A stretch of 64,000 nucleotides of DNA from Eledone cirrhosa (GCA_964016885.1 OZ024762.1:16802001-16866000); one strand, 5' to 3'. Positions 42,604 to 56,816 are shown, counted from the first letter of the stretch. Notes: a model not told the origin generated them from the letters alone. A program made the numbers and translations.

Positions 42604-43082
42604 TGGCAGTGGATTGGCAGTATAGGTAGAGAGTCGGACGCCATGCTTTGACGCATAGAGTTACGGCCCTTTCCATTCTGAGTTCAAATCCCGCTAAGTT
42701 AAACTTTGCCTTTCGTCCTTACGGGGGTCGATAAAATAAAGTACCAGTAATTCACTGGGGTAATTGCTGGCCTTGTGCCAAAAAGTAGAAACAATTATTA
42801 CAACGGCCCTTTACGTTCTGAGTTAAAACACAGCTAAGTTAAACTTTGCCTTTCGTCCTTACGGGGGGTCGATACAATAAAGTACCAGTAATACACTAGG
42901 GGTATTTGCTGGCCTTGTGCCAAAAAGTAGAAACAATTATTACAACGGCCCTTTACGTTCTGAGTTAAAACACAGCTAAGTTAAACTTTGCCTTTCGTCC
43001 TTACGGGGGGTCGATACAATAAAGTACCAGTAATACACTAGGGGTATTTGCTGGCCTTGTGCCAAAAAGTAGAAACAATTAT
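42604..43082 (+). mobile_element. SINE S2 followed by two tandem 5'-truncated duplicates
   Basis: S2 motif three times; the last two are identical. Confidence 0.8.
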
Positions 43083-43300
43083 TCAATTAAAAACATCGGT
43101 ATTAGCTGTAGATTTACGGCAAAGAATGAACATGCTTAACTAGTGTCAATTGTAGTGAATTGTAGTGAATTGTAGTGAATTGTATAGCAGCAGAGAGAGA
43201 GACGCTGTGTGATGGGAAGAAGTAGATTTAATAGCAGTGTTGTCTTGGAAGATATAGTGAAATGGCGACTGGGATTACATCACATCTCACTGCTGCTCAC

Positions 43301-43343
<43 letters not shown>

Positions 43344-43888
43344 TTGTTACTACTACTACTACTGTTACTATTGTTACTACTACTACTACTACTGTTACTA
43401 TTGTTACTACTACTACTACTGTTACAACTGCTACTACTAATGTTACCACTACTGTTACAACTGTTACCACTACTGTTACAACTGTTACTACTACTACTAC
43501 TACTACTACTACTGTTACTACTACTACTACTGTTACCACTACTGTTACTACTACTACTACTACTACTATTACCACTACTGTTACTACTACTACTACTACT
43601 GTTACTACTGTTACCACTACTGCTACTACTACTACTACTGTTACAACTGTTACTACTACTACTACTGTAACCAGTACTGTTACAACTGTTACTACTACTA
43701 CTACTACTGTTACCACTACTGTTACTACTACTACTACTACTACAACTGTAACTACTACCACTACTTCATCTTGTACAGTGCGTGTCTGTCTTTTTCTCTC
43801 CCATATACATACATACACGTGTATATATATATATACACACACACATACATACATACATACAAATTCTCTCTCTCTCTATATATATACA

Positions 43889-43970
43889 TACAGGGTGTCC
43901 CCCAAAAATGTATACACACTTCAACACCATCCTAATCAAAGTATGTATACATTTTTGGGACACCTTCTAT
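43889..43970. mobile_element. ~80-bp Tc1/mariner MITE (also 44137-44217, 47683-47763, 49428-49510, 58207-58255 half, 59385-59482)
   Basis: TA-CAGGGTGTCCCCAAAAATGTATAC ... GTATACATTTTTGGGACACC terminal inverted repeats. Confidence 0.8.
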
Positions 43971-44099
43971 ATATATATATATATAAATATAAATATAAAT
44001 ATAAAAAATGAAATTTCATTCTCACTCTTAGTACGACTGATATATATATATACTCGTTAACTTTTATCTGTTCCAGCCATCCGGCTGAGGCCATGCTGG

Positions 44100-44137
<38 letters not shown>

Positions 44138-44457
44138 CAGGACGTCCCTCAAAAATATATACACACTTTCATTAGAAAGCTGTTGAAATGTGCATACATT
44201 TTTGTGGGACACTGTATATATTACGGTTGCGACATGAGCAAGCGGCCACCATATATTTTATAATCTACTTGTTATAAATGTTCTGCTATTTGCTGGCAAA
44301 AATTTCTGGCTTTGTGCCACCAAAATTATTACAAAACCATTATTTCTAGCTTCAGAATAATGTTATTACAAAAGTACCCCTCCCCAACCTTACACGAAGC
44401 AATATTTGCCCCGGGGGTGGGGGGTGGGGGGTAACCTGCAGTTTTATAGAACCGAAG

Positions 44458-44490
<33 letters not shown>

Positions 44491-44576
44491 TATAAGTTTA
44501 ACCCGGGTTCAATCGGGGGTAACCACAGCAAGTAAGGTACTTAATACAAAGCAGAGTATAAATATTTAATATAGAA

Positions 44577-44682
44577 AGGCTTCTACAGGACTAGAACTGT
44601 TTCTGTTTCATTCGGGAGAAATCATCAGGAAGCTTCCTGATGATTTCTCCCGAATGAAACAGTTCTAGTCCTGTAGAAGCCT
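44577..44682. ncRNA. Back-to-back family A hammerheads (minus 44577-44634, plus 44632-44680)
   Basis: Plus strand: GCUUC-CUGAUGA(44637)-UUUCUCCCGAAU-GAAA(44656)-CAG..CUG-UA-GAAGC; mirror copy on the minus strand. Confidence 0.75.
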
Positions 44683-44707
44683 AACATCTCAGGGTATGTC
44701 ATGTATC

Positions 44708-44770
44708 ATTATATTGTGTCTGATGAGGACGTACTGTTGTACATCCGAAATATGTATAATAAAATGTAAT
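44708..44770 (+). ncRNA. Minimal type I hammerhead (family E)
   Basis: Stem I AUUAUAUUGUGU/AUAAAAUGUAAU; CUGAUGA 44720-44726; stem II GGA.GUAC-UGUU-GUAC.UCC; GAAA 44747-44750; UAUGUA-UA. Confidence 0.75.
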
Positions 44771-44913
44771 TGATCAAAAGAACATCTATTTTATTAATAT
44801 TTATATTTTAATATTAATAACGCCGGAAAAGTATTATTTTCCCGTAGAGTGCTTCCAATCTACTGTAAAACTCATTCTTTGACATACTCATTGAATATTG
44901 TTTAACACTTTAA

Positions 44914-44989
<76 letters not shown>

Positions 44990-45950
44990 ATAATTTTCAA
45001 ATTTTGCCATATCTATTTTATTTTATCATATTTATTCATGTTGGGTTTCTTTCTAATTTAGGCGGCGCAGGACCAGCAATTTGAAGGAATGGTGGTGTGT
45101 TTGTGTGTGTATGTGGATGTGTGTATGTGTGTGGTGGTGGGTTAATCGATTAAACCGATTGATCTTTTCCCCTCCACTTCCTCCTCGCCCAACCCTAGTA
45201 CTTGATCGGTATTCTAGTTTTTTTATACATAATTTATATTTTATCGACCCTACCACCACCACCACCCTACCACCACCACCCCACCCCACCACCCCACCCC
45301 ACCACCACTATCATCATCCCCACCACACGGCAGGATTAAAATATTGAAACATTTCTCGTTCGTTGAAACAATTCTAGTGTGTGTGTGTGTGAAGGGTTTT
45401 CATTTTATCGACCACCCCACCACAACCACCACACCACCATCACTCCCCCCCCCCATCACATTAAGGAAGGATGAAAGGGGCAAAGTTTGACCTCGGCGAG
45501 ATTAAGACAACATGTCCGCCGCCCGCCCGCCCGCCCGCCCGTCCGTTCGTCCGACACACAAACGACTCTCTCCGCCAATGATGCACCAATTCACCAACTT
45601 GCCAATCCACCAACCAAGCAATCCCAGCAATCCCAGCAATCCCAGCAATCCATTATTCATAGTGACAGTAACAGAAACGATCCCAAGACAGCAGTGGCTA
45701 CTACTGCCGCATAAAACCATATTCTGTCGGCCTCCTTGTGTGAGGCTTGATCAGAAAACCTGCCCTCGTCACCGCCGGTCAGCATGTGAGATCTTAAGTG
45801 TGGGTGTGTCTCTTATAACTGACTTTTCAATTTAATTCAAGCTTATCTTGGCCTTTCTATCCACCCAGTTCTCCCTTTTTATTAAATTTCCTCATCTCTA
45901 ATTATCAACGATAATTAAGGAAGGAAGGAATAATTAACGAAATATTATCA

Positions 45951-45989
<39 letters not shown>

Positions 45990-46134
45990 GTTTCGGTTTT
46001 ATGCACAAGGCCAGCAATTTGAAGAGGATGCGAGGAAAGTCGATTAGACCAACTCCAGTGTATTACTGGTACTTTATTAGTAACGCACTGGGGTCGATTA
46101 TATACTAATGTGTATATATATATATATATATATG

Positions 46135-46331
46135 TTTATCCCGGGTTCAATCGGGGGGTAACCACAGTAAGTAAGGTACTCAATACAAAGCAGATATATA
46201 TATATATATAATATAGAAAGGCTCTTCTACAGGACTAGAACTGTTCCGTTCCGGAGAAATCATCAGGAAGCCCTGATGATTTCTCCCGAATGAAACAGTT
46301 CTAGTCCAGTAGAAGAGCCTTTCTATATTAT
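46135..46331. mobile_element. Family A element with inverted hammerhead pair (partly mutated)
   Basis: TCATCAG at ~46260 and CTGATGA at 46273-46279, GAAA at 46292; same tail as 44496. Confidence 0.7.
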
Positions 46332-47053
46332 ATATATATAGAACAGTAAATGAAATGCTGGTTTTGAACACACACACACACACACACACAATAGAATTGT
46401 TTCAACGAACGAGAAGAGATGTTTCAATATTTTAAATTAAATAACTCTAAATCGCTGATGTATTTTGTAAAGGAAATTACTGATATGAAGTGGGAAATTA
46501 TAATATATATATATATGTATATATATATATTTTAAGAATGAGAGGGAATTAGATTCACAGGTTAAGAAGTAGAAGTAGGGGGTAGTTTAAGTTGATGTGT
46601 TGGGGGACGGGCTGTCAGTGAGTATATATTATATCTGGATTGCAACCACTGGTAAAAAGGTGGCATCGTGGCTTTTACACAACCACTCCCGATATACTGG
46701 GAGGGCGACTATATAGATATAGATAGATAGATAGATAGATAGATAGAGATAGATAGATAGAGATATATAGAGATAGATAGAGAGATAGATAGATAGATAG
46801 ATAGAGAGACAGATAGAGAGACAGATAGAGATAGATAGATAGGGAGAGAGACATACATAGAAAGAGAGAGAGATAGGGAGAGAGACATACATAGAAAGAG
46901 AGAGAGATAGGGAGAGAGACATACATAGATAGAGAGACAGATATTTAGATAGAAGACACTTAGATAGAGAGTGTCATCGTTCACATTGTGTCCGAATACT
47001 CTCTCCACACACACATACATACATACATACATACATACATAAACACACACTTC

Positions 47054-47084
<31 letters not shown>

Positions 47085-47270
47085 GCATAGATAATGTATG
47101 TATATTGTGTGTGTGTATATACATCACATAGAGCTAATTAGATATCTGTTATCGAATCAGTAGGTTCATTAAAAATAAAATATGTATAATGCGACCTTGC
47201 TATTATTAATATAACACAAAGCTCTCCCTCTCGCACACACCACACTATATACACACACACACATATACAT

Positions 47271-47301
<31 letters not shown>

Positions 47302-47420
47302 CATACATACATACATTTATGTGTCCCCCGGGTTCAATCGGGGCTAACCACAATAAGGTACTCAATACATTACTATAGAATGAAACAGCTCTAATCCTGT
47401 ATAAGCCATTTATACATTAA

Positions 47421-47457
<37 letters not shown>

Positions 47458-47461
<4 letters not shown>

Positions 47462-47657
47462 AACGAGTAGGACCCCGACGGCTGAGCTCAAGCCGTTTCG
47501 ACGGCTAATTTTTTTTTTAGTCCAGAATTAGCCGTCGAAACGCCTTGAGCTCAGCCGTCGGGGTCCTACTCGTTCCTATTACCCACTCTACTACCCTAAG
47601 TATTGAGTACTTTGGTGCGTTATGGTCCACCTGGTTCCTTACCACATTTCCTTCGTT
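47458..47657 (+). mobile_element. Family B fold-back element
   Basis: Near-identical to 40031-40231. Confidence 0.75.
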
Positions 47658-47796
47658 ATATATATATATATATATACACACACAGGGTGTCCCCCAAAAA
47701 TATATACACACTTCAACAGCATTCTAATCCAAATGTGTATATATTTTTGAAGGACACCCTGTATATCATCATCATTTTACTCTGTGTATATATATA

Positions 47797-47859
<63 letters not shown>

Positions 47860-47966
47860 CGGGTTCAATCAGTAAGGAACTCAATTAGTAGAGTGTATAC
47901 AAGATTTAATATAGAAATAGCTTCTACAGGACTAGAACTATTTCATATATATATATATTTATACAT

Positions 47967-47997
<31 letters not shown>

Positions 47998-48269
47998 AAT
48001 GTAAATGAGAGGTATAGAGATTATATGTGTGTGTGTGTGTGTGTGTGTATATATAGCACACACGCACATTCCCAGATCCGTCGTGGAAGTTATATCAAAT
48101 CGTGACAGAAAGAAGAGAGAAGATTCTTTTTTTTTTAGGTGGAAATAAATTTAGAGACAAGATCTTTTTTTTTTTTTCTTTTAGGAAAAAAAACAAAAAA
48201 GCAACATTAATTAAGGCCAGAACTAATTAGTGAGATGATTGGCAGTAATATTGTGGTATGTCCACTCAC

Positions 48270-48314
48270 CTGTAAGTGGATAGGTACTTTCTTAACGGGT
48301 GTCCTGTTGGTCAT
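48270..48314 (-). CDS. Candidate first coding exon, MTNRTPVKKVPIHLQ (phase 0), product unknown
   Basis: AAA-ATG context, 15 open codons, consensus donor CAG|GTGAGT, in non-repetitive sequence. Confidence 0.4.
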
Positions 48315-49250
48315 TTTAAAAGAGATGTAGTTACTGTGTAAATCCAAATGACTTTAGTAATAAGACAGACAGCTACTGCTGCTGCTGATAGTAGTAGTAG
48401 TAGTAGGTTTGTTATTTTATTTTTACGATTACTACTGCTACTGCTATTATTAGAGAGGTAGTGTAGAAGGGGGAACAGATAGAGAGAGGAGGAGAGAGAG
48501 GGGGAAAGTAGGAGAGGAGAGGGTAAGAGGAAAAAGGTATCGAGATATATAGAGGAGAGGGAGGGGGAAAGTAAGAGATGAGAGAGAGAGAAGGGGAGAG
48601 GAAAAAGGTAGAGAGATATATAGAGAGAAGAGAGGGGGAAAGTAGGAGAGGAGGGGGAGAAATAAATAGAAGGGAAATACAAAGATATAAAGAGAGAAAG
48701 GGGAGGGAGATACAAAGATATATGGAGAGAGAAAGGGGAAGGAAAGACAGAGATGTAGACAGAGGGGAAGAAACAGATATAGAGAGAGAAAGGGGAGGAG
48801 AGGGGAAGAGATAACTAGAAGAGAAAGACAGAGATAAAGAGAGGGGGGAGATAAGAGGAGGAAGAACTGCTAGATAGAGATAGGAGCAGAGGAGACAGAG
48901 AAAGAATAGTAGGATAAGGTGGGGGGGGGGAGAAGAAAGAGTAATGGGATAAGGCGAGGGGAAGAGAAAGAGTGATAGAATAAGGTGAGGGGAAGAGAAA
49001 GTGTAATAGGATAAGATGAGGGAATGAGGAGTGATAAAATATGGTGATGGGGAGAGATAAAGTGAAGGGAAGAGATAAAGTAATAGAACATAGTGAGGGG
49101 AAGAGAAAGAGTGATAGAAGAAGGTGAGGAGAGGAGGAGAAAAAGTGCCGAGATAGAAGGAGGAGGAAGGGTGATGAAAAGCTTGTAAAAGAATGGAAGG
49201 AAGGGGGAAGGTTGAATAAGCGAGGTGTATGTGGCAGTTTTGAAGGGGAG

Positions 49251-49305
<55 letters not shown>

Positions 49306-49309
49306 CGTG

Positions 49310-49376
<67 letters not shown>

Positions 49377-49697
49377 ATATATATATATGTGTGTGTGTAT
49401 ATAATGAGAGAGAGAGAGAGAGGGATATACAGGGTGTCCCCCAAAAATATATACATATTTTGATTAGAATGCTATTCAAGTGTGTATACATTTTTTGGGA
49501 ACACCCTGTGTGTGTGTGTATATATATATATATAATGGGAGAGGAAGATTAAGATATAGTATGTATGTGTTTGTATGTGTGTGTGTGTGTGTATATATAT
49601 GTAATGGGAGAGAAAGATAAAGGTACATAGTATTATAGTATATGTGTGTGTGTGTATGTCTGTAGTGAACGGTGTTGGTAAAATATATGGTGGTGGT

Positions 49698-49735
<38 letters not shown>

Positions 49736-49898
49736 GCAGAGACCAGAGAAGAGAGACAGTTGTGTGTGTTACGAGAGAGCGAGCTATCTGCTGTAGATGT
49801 GGTAGCAATTTATACTAAAATCCTAAATGATGCACCATACTCTACAGAATGTGTAGTATAGAGTACATACTTTAACAGGGAAGTACCAATAGTGAGTG

Positions 49899-49981
<83 letters not shown>

Positions 49982-49983
<2 letters not shown>

Positions 49984-50108
49984 TGATGATTTCCTTCGAA
50001 TGAAACAGTTCTAGTCCTGTAGAAGCCATTCTATATTAAACATTATATACTCTACTAATGTATTGAGTACCGCACTTACTGTGGTTGTCCCCCGATTGAA
50101 CTCCAGAT
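49982..50108 (+). mobile_element. Family A element, core UUGAUGA (mutated or 5'-truncated) plus tail
   Basis: GAAA-CAGUUCUAGUCCUG-UA-GAAG followed by the family A tail. Confidence 0.65.
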
Positions 50109-50134
50109 ACACACACACACATATATATATATAT

Positions 50135-50225
<91 letters not shown>

Positions 50226-50228
50226 CAC

Positions 50229-50389
<161 letters not shown>

Positions 50390-50390
50390 C

Positions 50391-50602
50391 GTTATTCCGG
50401 GTTGAATCGGAGGTAACCACAGTAAGTAAGGTACTCAATACATTGCAGAGTATAAAAGTTTTAATATAGATGAGATTCTACAGGACTAGAACTGTTTCAT
50501 TCTTTAGAAATCATCACGGAATCAGAGATTCATCAGAGATTCCTGATGATTTCTAAAGAATGAAACAGTTCTAGTCCTGTAGAATCTCATCTATATTAAA
50601 AC

Positions 50603-50606
<4 letters not shown>
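50391..50606. ncRNA. Family A element with inverted hammerhead pair; the plus copy is intact
   Basis: GAGAUUC-CUGAUGA(50543)-..-GAAA(50562)-CAG..CUG-UA(50581)-GAAUCUC. Confidence 0.75.
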
Positions 50607-50639
<33 letters not shown>

Positions 50640-50785
50640 AGATCAAAAGATGGTTAAAGGAGTTCCATAACCATCTTTAACCATCTTTTGATCTTATATT
50701 ATGCATACTCCAGTCTCACAAACTGTAGAGTGCTTCTTATCCGATATCTGTATTGCTTTATTGTACTACAATAAAACTCACCTCC

Positions 50786-50835
<50 letters not shown>

Positions 50836-51194
50836 CACATTTTCTCATGACAGGCTGAAGAAATTGGGGCCCAGAACCCAACGAAACTCGAATACCTGAT
50901 AATGTCACCGTTGTAATTATTTATGCGCACACACACACACACACATATATATAGCAGCCGATCGAGAAGATCCCAGATCTCGTTCGTTTAACGTGTGTGT
51001 GTTGGGGTGGGTGAGGGTGGAGCTCGTCGTCAAATCGGACCGAGGAGACAGTGTTTCCACCTTCGGCCTTTCTATCAGTTGCTAATACTATCTACCGGTC
51101 ACAAATCCAGGTCCAGGCAGAAGGAGCAACGTGAAATAAAGTGTCTTGCTCAAGGACACAACACATCACCCGGTCCCCGAATCTAACTCTCTCT

Positions 51195-51265
<71 letters not shown>

Positions 51266-51267
<2 letters not shown>

Positions 51268-51390
51268 CGGGGTGGCGCGAAAAAAGTCACGCACCACCAT
51301 CATCAATTCACGAACACTTATAATTACTTACAAAGCTATGAAGAAAGCTGAGTGTAATATTACTGGTGCGTGACTTTTATGCCACCCTAA
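51266..51390. mobile_element. Tc1/mariner-like MITE
   Basis: GGGTGGCGCGAAAAAAGTCACGCACC / GGTGCGTGACTTTTATGCCACCC. Confidence 0.6.
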
Positions 51391-52184
51391 ATATATGACC
51401 ATCTCTCTCTCCTCTCTCTCCCTACATACATACATACATACATACATACATACATACATACATACATACATACATACATACATACATACATACATACATA
51501 CATACATACATAATGCATTTATCTCAATGTACATCCTTATTTTTATTTTATTTCATGTTCAAGCACCATTTCGTTTTAGCTATATTTTAAATATCATTAT
51601 ATAATAATATATATATATTAAACGGAAAAAGTGAAACGAAATATATATATATTATATAATAATATATATAATATATATTATATAATAGTATATATATAAT
51701 ATTCTAACCATCCTCCAACATATATAGATTTACTAAGCTCTGCCAATCGTATTGCACAGAAATATTTTCGTTATAAATTGCGAAGCATTTATTCAAAAGC
51801 ACACACGCATTTTATACCCTCCTCACAGATATTGAGTGCTCATTCAGCTGATGATATTAAACACCCACTTCAGTGTGTATAGACACACACATACACAATA
51901 TACATACATACATGATGATGATGATGATGATGGCTGCAACTCGATTTCAAGTAATGTCATCTCTCGATACTTAAGCATGAGTATCACGGATGTGGTTTTT
52001 TACTAGGGACTTGCTTATGGCCAGCAAACAATGCATCGCAAAATATGTCACATATCAAGTGAAGATTTTTTTAAAGTGAGGAAAAGCTTTGCACGGGGCC
52101 AATCCCACGCTCTGAACATCGAATACATTTACCTAAAAACAAGAACATACATACATACATACACATCTATCCATCTATCTATCT

Positions 52185-52400
52185 AGGAGGGGTAAAATTC
52201 CCCGAGATCCATGGACGAGTTCTCTCCAGCGGTCTCTGTCCTTCATCATCGCCGCCAAGTCCTGCGTCTCTCAGAGATCTGTGCCTGTCCTTAGGGCATC
52301 AACATATGTCAAACTCGGTCTCCCTCTTCTAGTGTGTCCGTGTAGGGGCTCCCACAGGAGCACTGAGTGCAGTGTCAACTCTGGATGTCGGTGAGCAACA
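52185..52400 (-). mobile_element. 3' end of an RTE-like LINE (plus-strand copy at 60113-60282)
   Basis: RHPEL..VLLWEPLHGHTRRGRPSLTYVDALR resembles RTE-group C-termini. Confidence 0.7.
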
Positions 52401-52506
52401 TACATACATACATACATACATACATACATACATACATACATAATGTGTGTGCATGCAAAGTGAATTTTCAACTTGCACCTCCTAGAGATGTTGCAGCTGC
52501 TTCTAT

Positions 52507-52546
<40 letters not shown>

Positions 52547-52884
52547 CATCACCACCATCATTACTACTACTACCACTATCATCACCACCACCACCACCAC
52601 TCCCACCATCAACACTACTACCATCACCACTATCAGTATCATCAACACTACCACAATCACCACCACCACCACCACACCACCACCACCACCAGCTTCACCA
52701 CCACCACCACACCACCACCACCACCAGCTTCACCACCACCACCACACCACCACCAGCTTCACCACCACCACCAGCTTCACCACCACCACCACCACCTTAC
52801 AATTCCATTCACATCTTGGACGCTTTATAGGAATACTAAATCAATTCCACGACTTGGCTGGTATTTTATTTTATAGAACCATAA

Positions 52885-53075
52885 GGGGGGTGGGTAATTG
52901 AGTGTGTGGGGGTGGAGATTGAGTGTGTGGGGTGGGGGTGGAGATTGAGTGTGTGGGGGTGGGGGATTGAGTGTGTAGGGGTGGGGGATTGAGTGTGTAG
53001 GGTGGGGGGGTTGAGTGGGTGGGGTGGGAGATTGAGTGTGTAGGGGTGGGGGATTGAGTGTGTAAGGGGTGGTAG
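52885..53075. repeat. G-rich ~21-bp minisatellite
   Basis: GATTGAGTGTGTRGGGGTGGG units. Confidence 0.85.
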
Positions 53076-53410
53076 GTTAAGAGTGAAATACAAAGTTGAC
53101 CTCGACAAGAATTTGAACCGACCACATACTTCTAAATGCTGGAGGCATTCTATCAGACATTCCAACAATCCTGACAACTTGGTATCACTGGAATGGTAGA
53201 TTTTAAATTAAACCTAAGATGTCTTTTTAAAACATCGCAACTTTATTGTAGTCTGAAAAACAGATGAGATGATCACGGCTTTGATCTGTTGAATTATAGT
53301 TGACCTGGGGTTAAACAACATCAATAACAAGAATGACAACAACGACGACAACAACTGATGTTATACTGTCACTGTTGATGTAGTTGTCACCACCACCAGT
53401 ACTGTGACAA

Positions 53411-53448
<38 letters not shown>

Positions 53449-53697
53449 TTGCTGTTGTCTGAAAATGAGACCACTAGGCCACATGCTTTCATCTCAGATG
53501 CCTTAGGCCGCGGATGACTTATTCATTTATCAAGGAGTCATCAATAGATCAGTTGAGATAGTCTTATTGGAGCTTAAAGAACAGCATTAACTCCTTTGGT
53601 GATCAATGGATCAACAGAGAGAGCCTGGCTGGAGGTTAAAGAACAGCAGTGACTCATTCAGTGATCAATAGATCAACAGAGACAGTCTGACTGGAGT

Positions 53698-53932
53698 TTA
53701 ACCCTTTAGCATTACTCTCTTTTTATACTATTGTATTTTTGTGTTAAATGCTTCATCTTACATAATTATCTCACATAATGTCCAATCTATGAGATTTTGA
53801 TGTTATTTATTTTGAGAACAATACCTTAATGTCAGTATGAGCAGCCAGTTATGGTCAGTTATGACCAGTTTGAACAGAAAGAGGTGAGAAAATTCTGGTT
53901 GGATAAGGCCAGTTTAAATGCTGAAGGGTTAA
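53698..53932 (+). mobile_element. piggyBac-like MITE inside a degenerate ~60-bp repeat (53540-54230)
   Basis: TTAA-CCCTTTAGCATT ... AATGCTGAAGGG-TTAA. Confidence 0.8.
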
Positions 53933-54394
53933 AGAACAGCAGTGACTCCTTCAGTATATCAGTAGAGACAGTCATACTTGAGCTTAGAGATCACGAGTGA
54001 CTACCTCACTGATCAATGGCTCAACAGATCAGCTGAAAGAGCTTACTGTAGCTTAGAGATCACCAGTGATTCCCTCACTGATCAATGGCTCAGCAGAGAT
54101 TAGATAAGTCGAGAGAGTCTTACTGTAGCTTAGATTCAACAGATCAGTTGACACAGATTAGTTCAGATCACCAGTGACTCCCTCACTGATCAATAGCAAT
54201 CGACAGATCAGTTGAGACAGATTTGAAAAACAAAATAAGTACTGGGGTTGATACAACCAAGTAAATCCTTTAATGCAGTGTTCCAGCATGGCCACAATCT
54301 AACAATGGTTGACAGATGGACTGGGAAGGACTAAACAGATAACTGTCAGGAATGTGGTTAAAGCGAATCCAAAGACCCAATCTTCAGCCACATT

Positions 54395-54890
54395 TCTTCT
54401 TCTTCTTCTACTCATTCCTGAGAGGGTCTTGGGGGGGGGGGGGAGTTCCGCAAACACTCCTTCAGTGGGTCCTGTCAGAAGTAACCGTCTCCAACTGATC
54501 TGGCTGGATCTCCAAGTGAAACCAGCCAAGCTCATGGATGTTATCCAACCTTCCTACTCGGAGTCTACCTCTGGGTCTCCTGCTGGTTGGTTTTACCTGT
54601 AAAATCTCTCCAGGGATTCTTTCCTGAGACAGCCGAGCTCATGGATGTTACCCAACCTTCCTATTCGGGGTGGGCCTATCCCTGTCTCTCTAGCTGGTTG
54701 GTTTTACCCGTAAAATCTGTCCAGGGGTTCTTTCATGACACCAGCCGAGCTCATGGATGTTACCCAACCTTCCTACTCGGGGTGGGTCTACCCTTGGGTC
54801 TCCAGCCGGTTGGTTTTGCCCTTAAAAATCTGTCCAGTGATCCTTTCTTGACACATTCTAACCACATGCCAGTAGTATCCGAGCTGTGAT
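54395..54890 (-). mobile_element. RTE (Expander-like) 3' end with a ~110-bp segment triplicated
   Basis: Homologous to 16020-16290; GCTCATGGATGTTA occurs three times. Confidence 0.65.
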
Positions 54891-54977
54891 CTCTCAATTC
54901 AGAGTCTAGCCACATGTCAATACTAATAATCATCCGAATAAATAAGTTTTATTTTACTGACATGATATGTTTTGCCA

Positions 54978-55440
54978 GGGTGTATGAGGTGTGGTGTGGT
55001 GTGGTGTATGTGTGTGGTGTGTGGTGTGTGTGTGGTGTGGTGTGGTGTGGTGTGGTGTGGTGTGGTGTGGTGTGGTGTGGTGTGGTGTGGTGTGGTGTGG
55101 TGTGGTGTGGTGTAGTGTGGTGTATGTGTGTGGTGTGTGGTGTGTGGTGTGGTGTGGTGTGGTGTGGTGTGGTGTATGAGGTGTGGTGTGGTGTGGTATT
55201 GTGTGGTTTGGTGTGGTGTGGTGTGGTGTGGTGTGGTGTGATGTGTGTGTGTGGTGTGTATGAGGTGTGGTGTGTATGAGGTGTGGTGTGTGTGGTGTAT
55301 GTGTGTGGTGTATGTGTGTGGTGTGGTGTGGTGTGGTGTGATGTGATGTGGTGTGGTATGATGTGTGTGTGTGTGTGGTGTGTGTGGTGTGTGTGTTGTG
55401 TGGTGTGTGATGTATGTGTGTGTGTGTGTTGTAGTGTGTA
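54978..55440. repeat. (GTGTG)n pentanucleotide tract
   Basis: Directly visible. Confidence 0.95.
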
Positions 55441-56246
55441 TATGTATGTTCTGCAATGTCAGTTACAGTGTATGTGTGCATGTGTGTGTGTTGATTATGT
55501 CAGTTTGTTGTTCATCGTTATGTTCTGACCGATACATCCTGCCAATTATATCCATACATACATACATACATACACATGCATATACATACATACACATACA
55601 TACACATACATATATACATACACATACATACACATACATACACATACATACACATACATATATACATACACATACATACAAACATACATACATACATACA
55701 CTAACCCATGCTGGCGTGGAAAATGGATGTTAAACGAGATGATGATGATATATATACACACACATACATACATACATATATACACATACATACATACATA
55801 CACACATACATATATACACATACATACATACACACACATACATATATACATTACATACACTACATACATACATACATACATATACACATACACACATACA
55901 TATATACACATACATTCATACACACACATACATATATACATATACATACATACACACAAACATACATACATACATACAATATTACATATGTATGTGTGTG
56001 TGTATGAGTGTTTGAGCTACACACACATATATTTACATATATATTGATATATACAGAGAGTCTGCGGTGCTGAGACGAGGAGGCCATTAATCACGTGAGT
56101 ACTCAATAGATGGGGAGATGTAGAGTGGTTAGAGAGATGTTCTACACACACACATCTCTCTATCTCTCTCTATCATATATATATATATATATATATGTAC
56201 ATACAGAGAGAGAGAGAGAAATAGACAGATAATATAGAGAGAAGTG

Positions 56247-56286
<40 letters not shown>

Positions 56287-56315
56287 TGGGTATGGAGATG
56301 TTTTACACACACACA

Positions 56316-56382
<67 letters not shown>

Positions 56383-56421
56383 CATACACATATACAGAGA
56401 GAGAGAGAGAGACACAGATAA

Positions 56422-56468
<47 letters not shown>

Positions 56469-56666
56469 TATATATATATATAATATTATATATATATATA
56501 TATATTATATATATATATATATATAATATTACATATATATATATAATATTATATATATATAATATTATATATATATATATTATATATATATATATTATAT
56601 ATATATATATTATATATATATATATATATATAATATTACATATATATATATATATATATATAATAT

Positions 56667-56708
<42 letters not shown>

Positions 56709-56816
56709 CATATATATATATATATAATATTACATATATATATATAATATTATATATATATATAATATTACATATATATATATATAATATTACATATATA
56801 TATATAATATTATATC

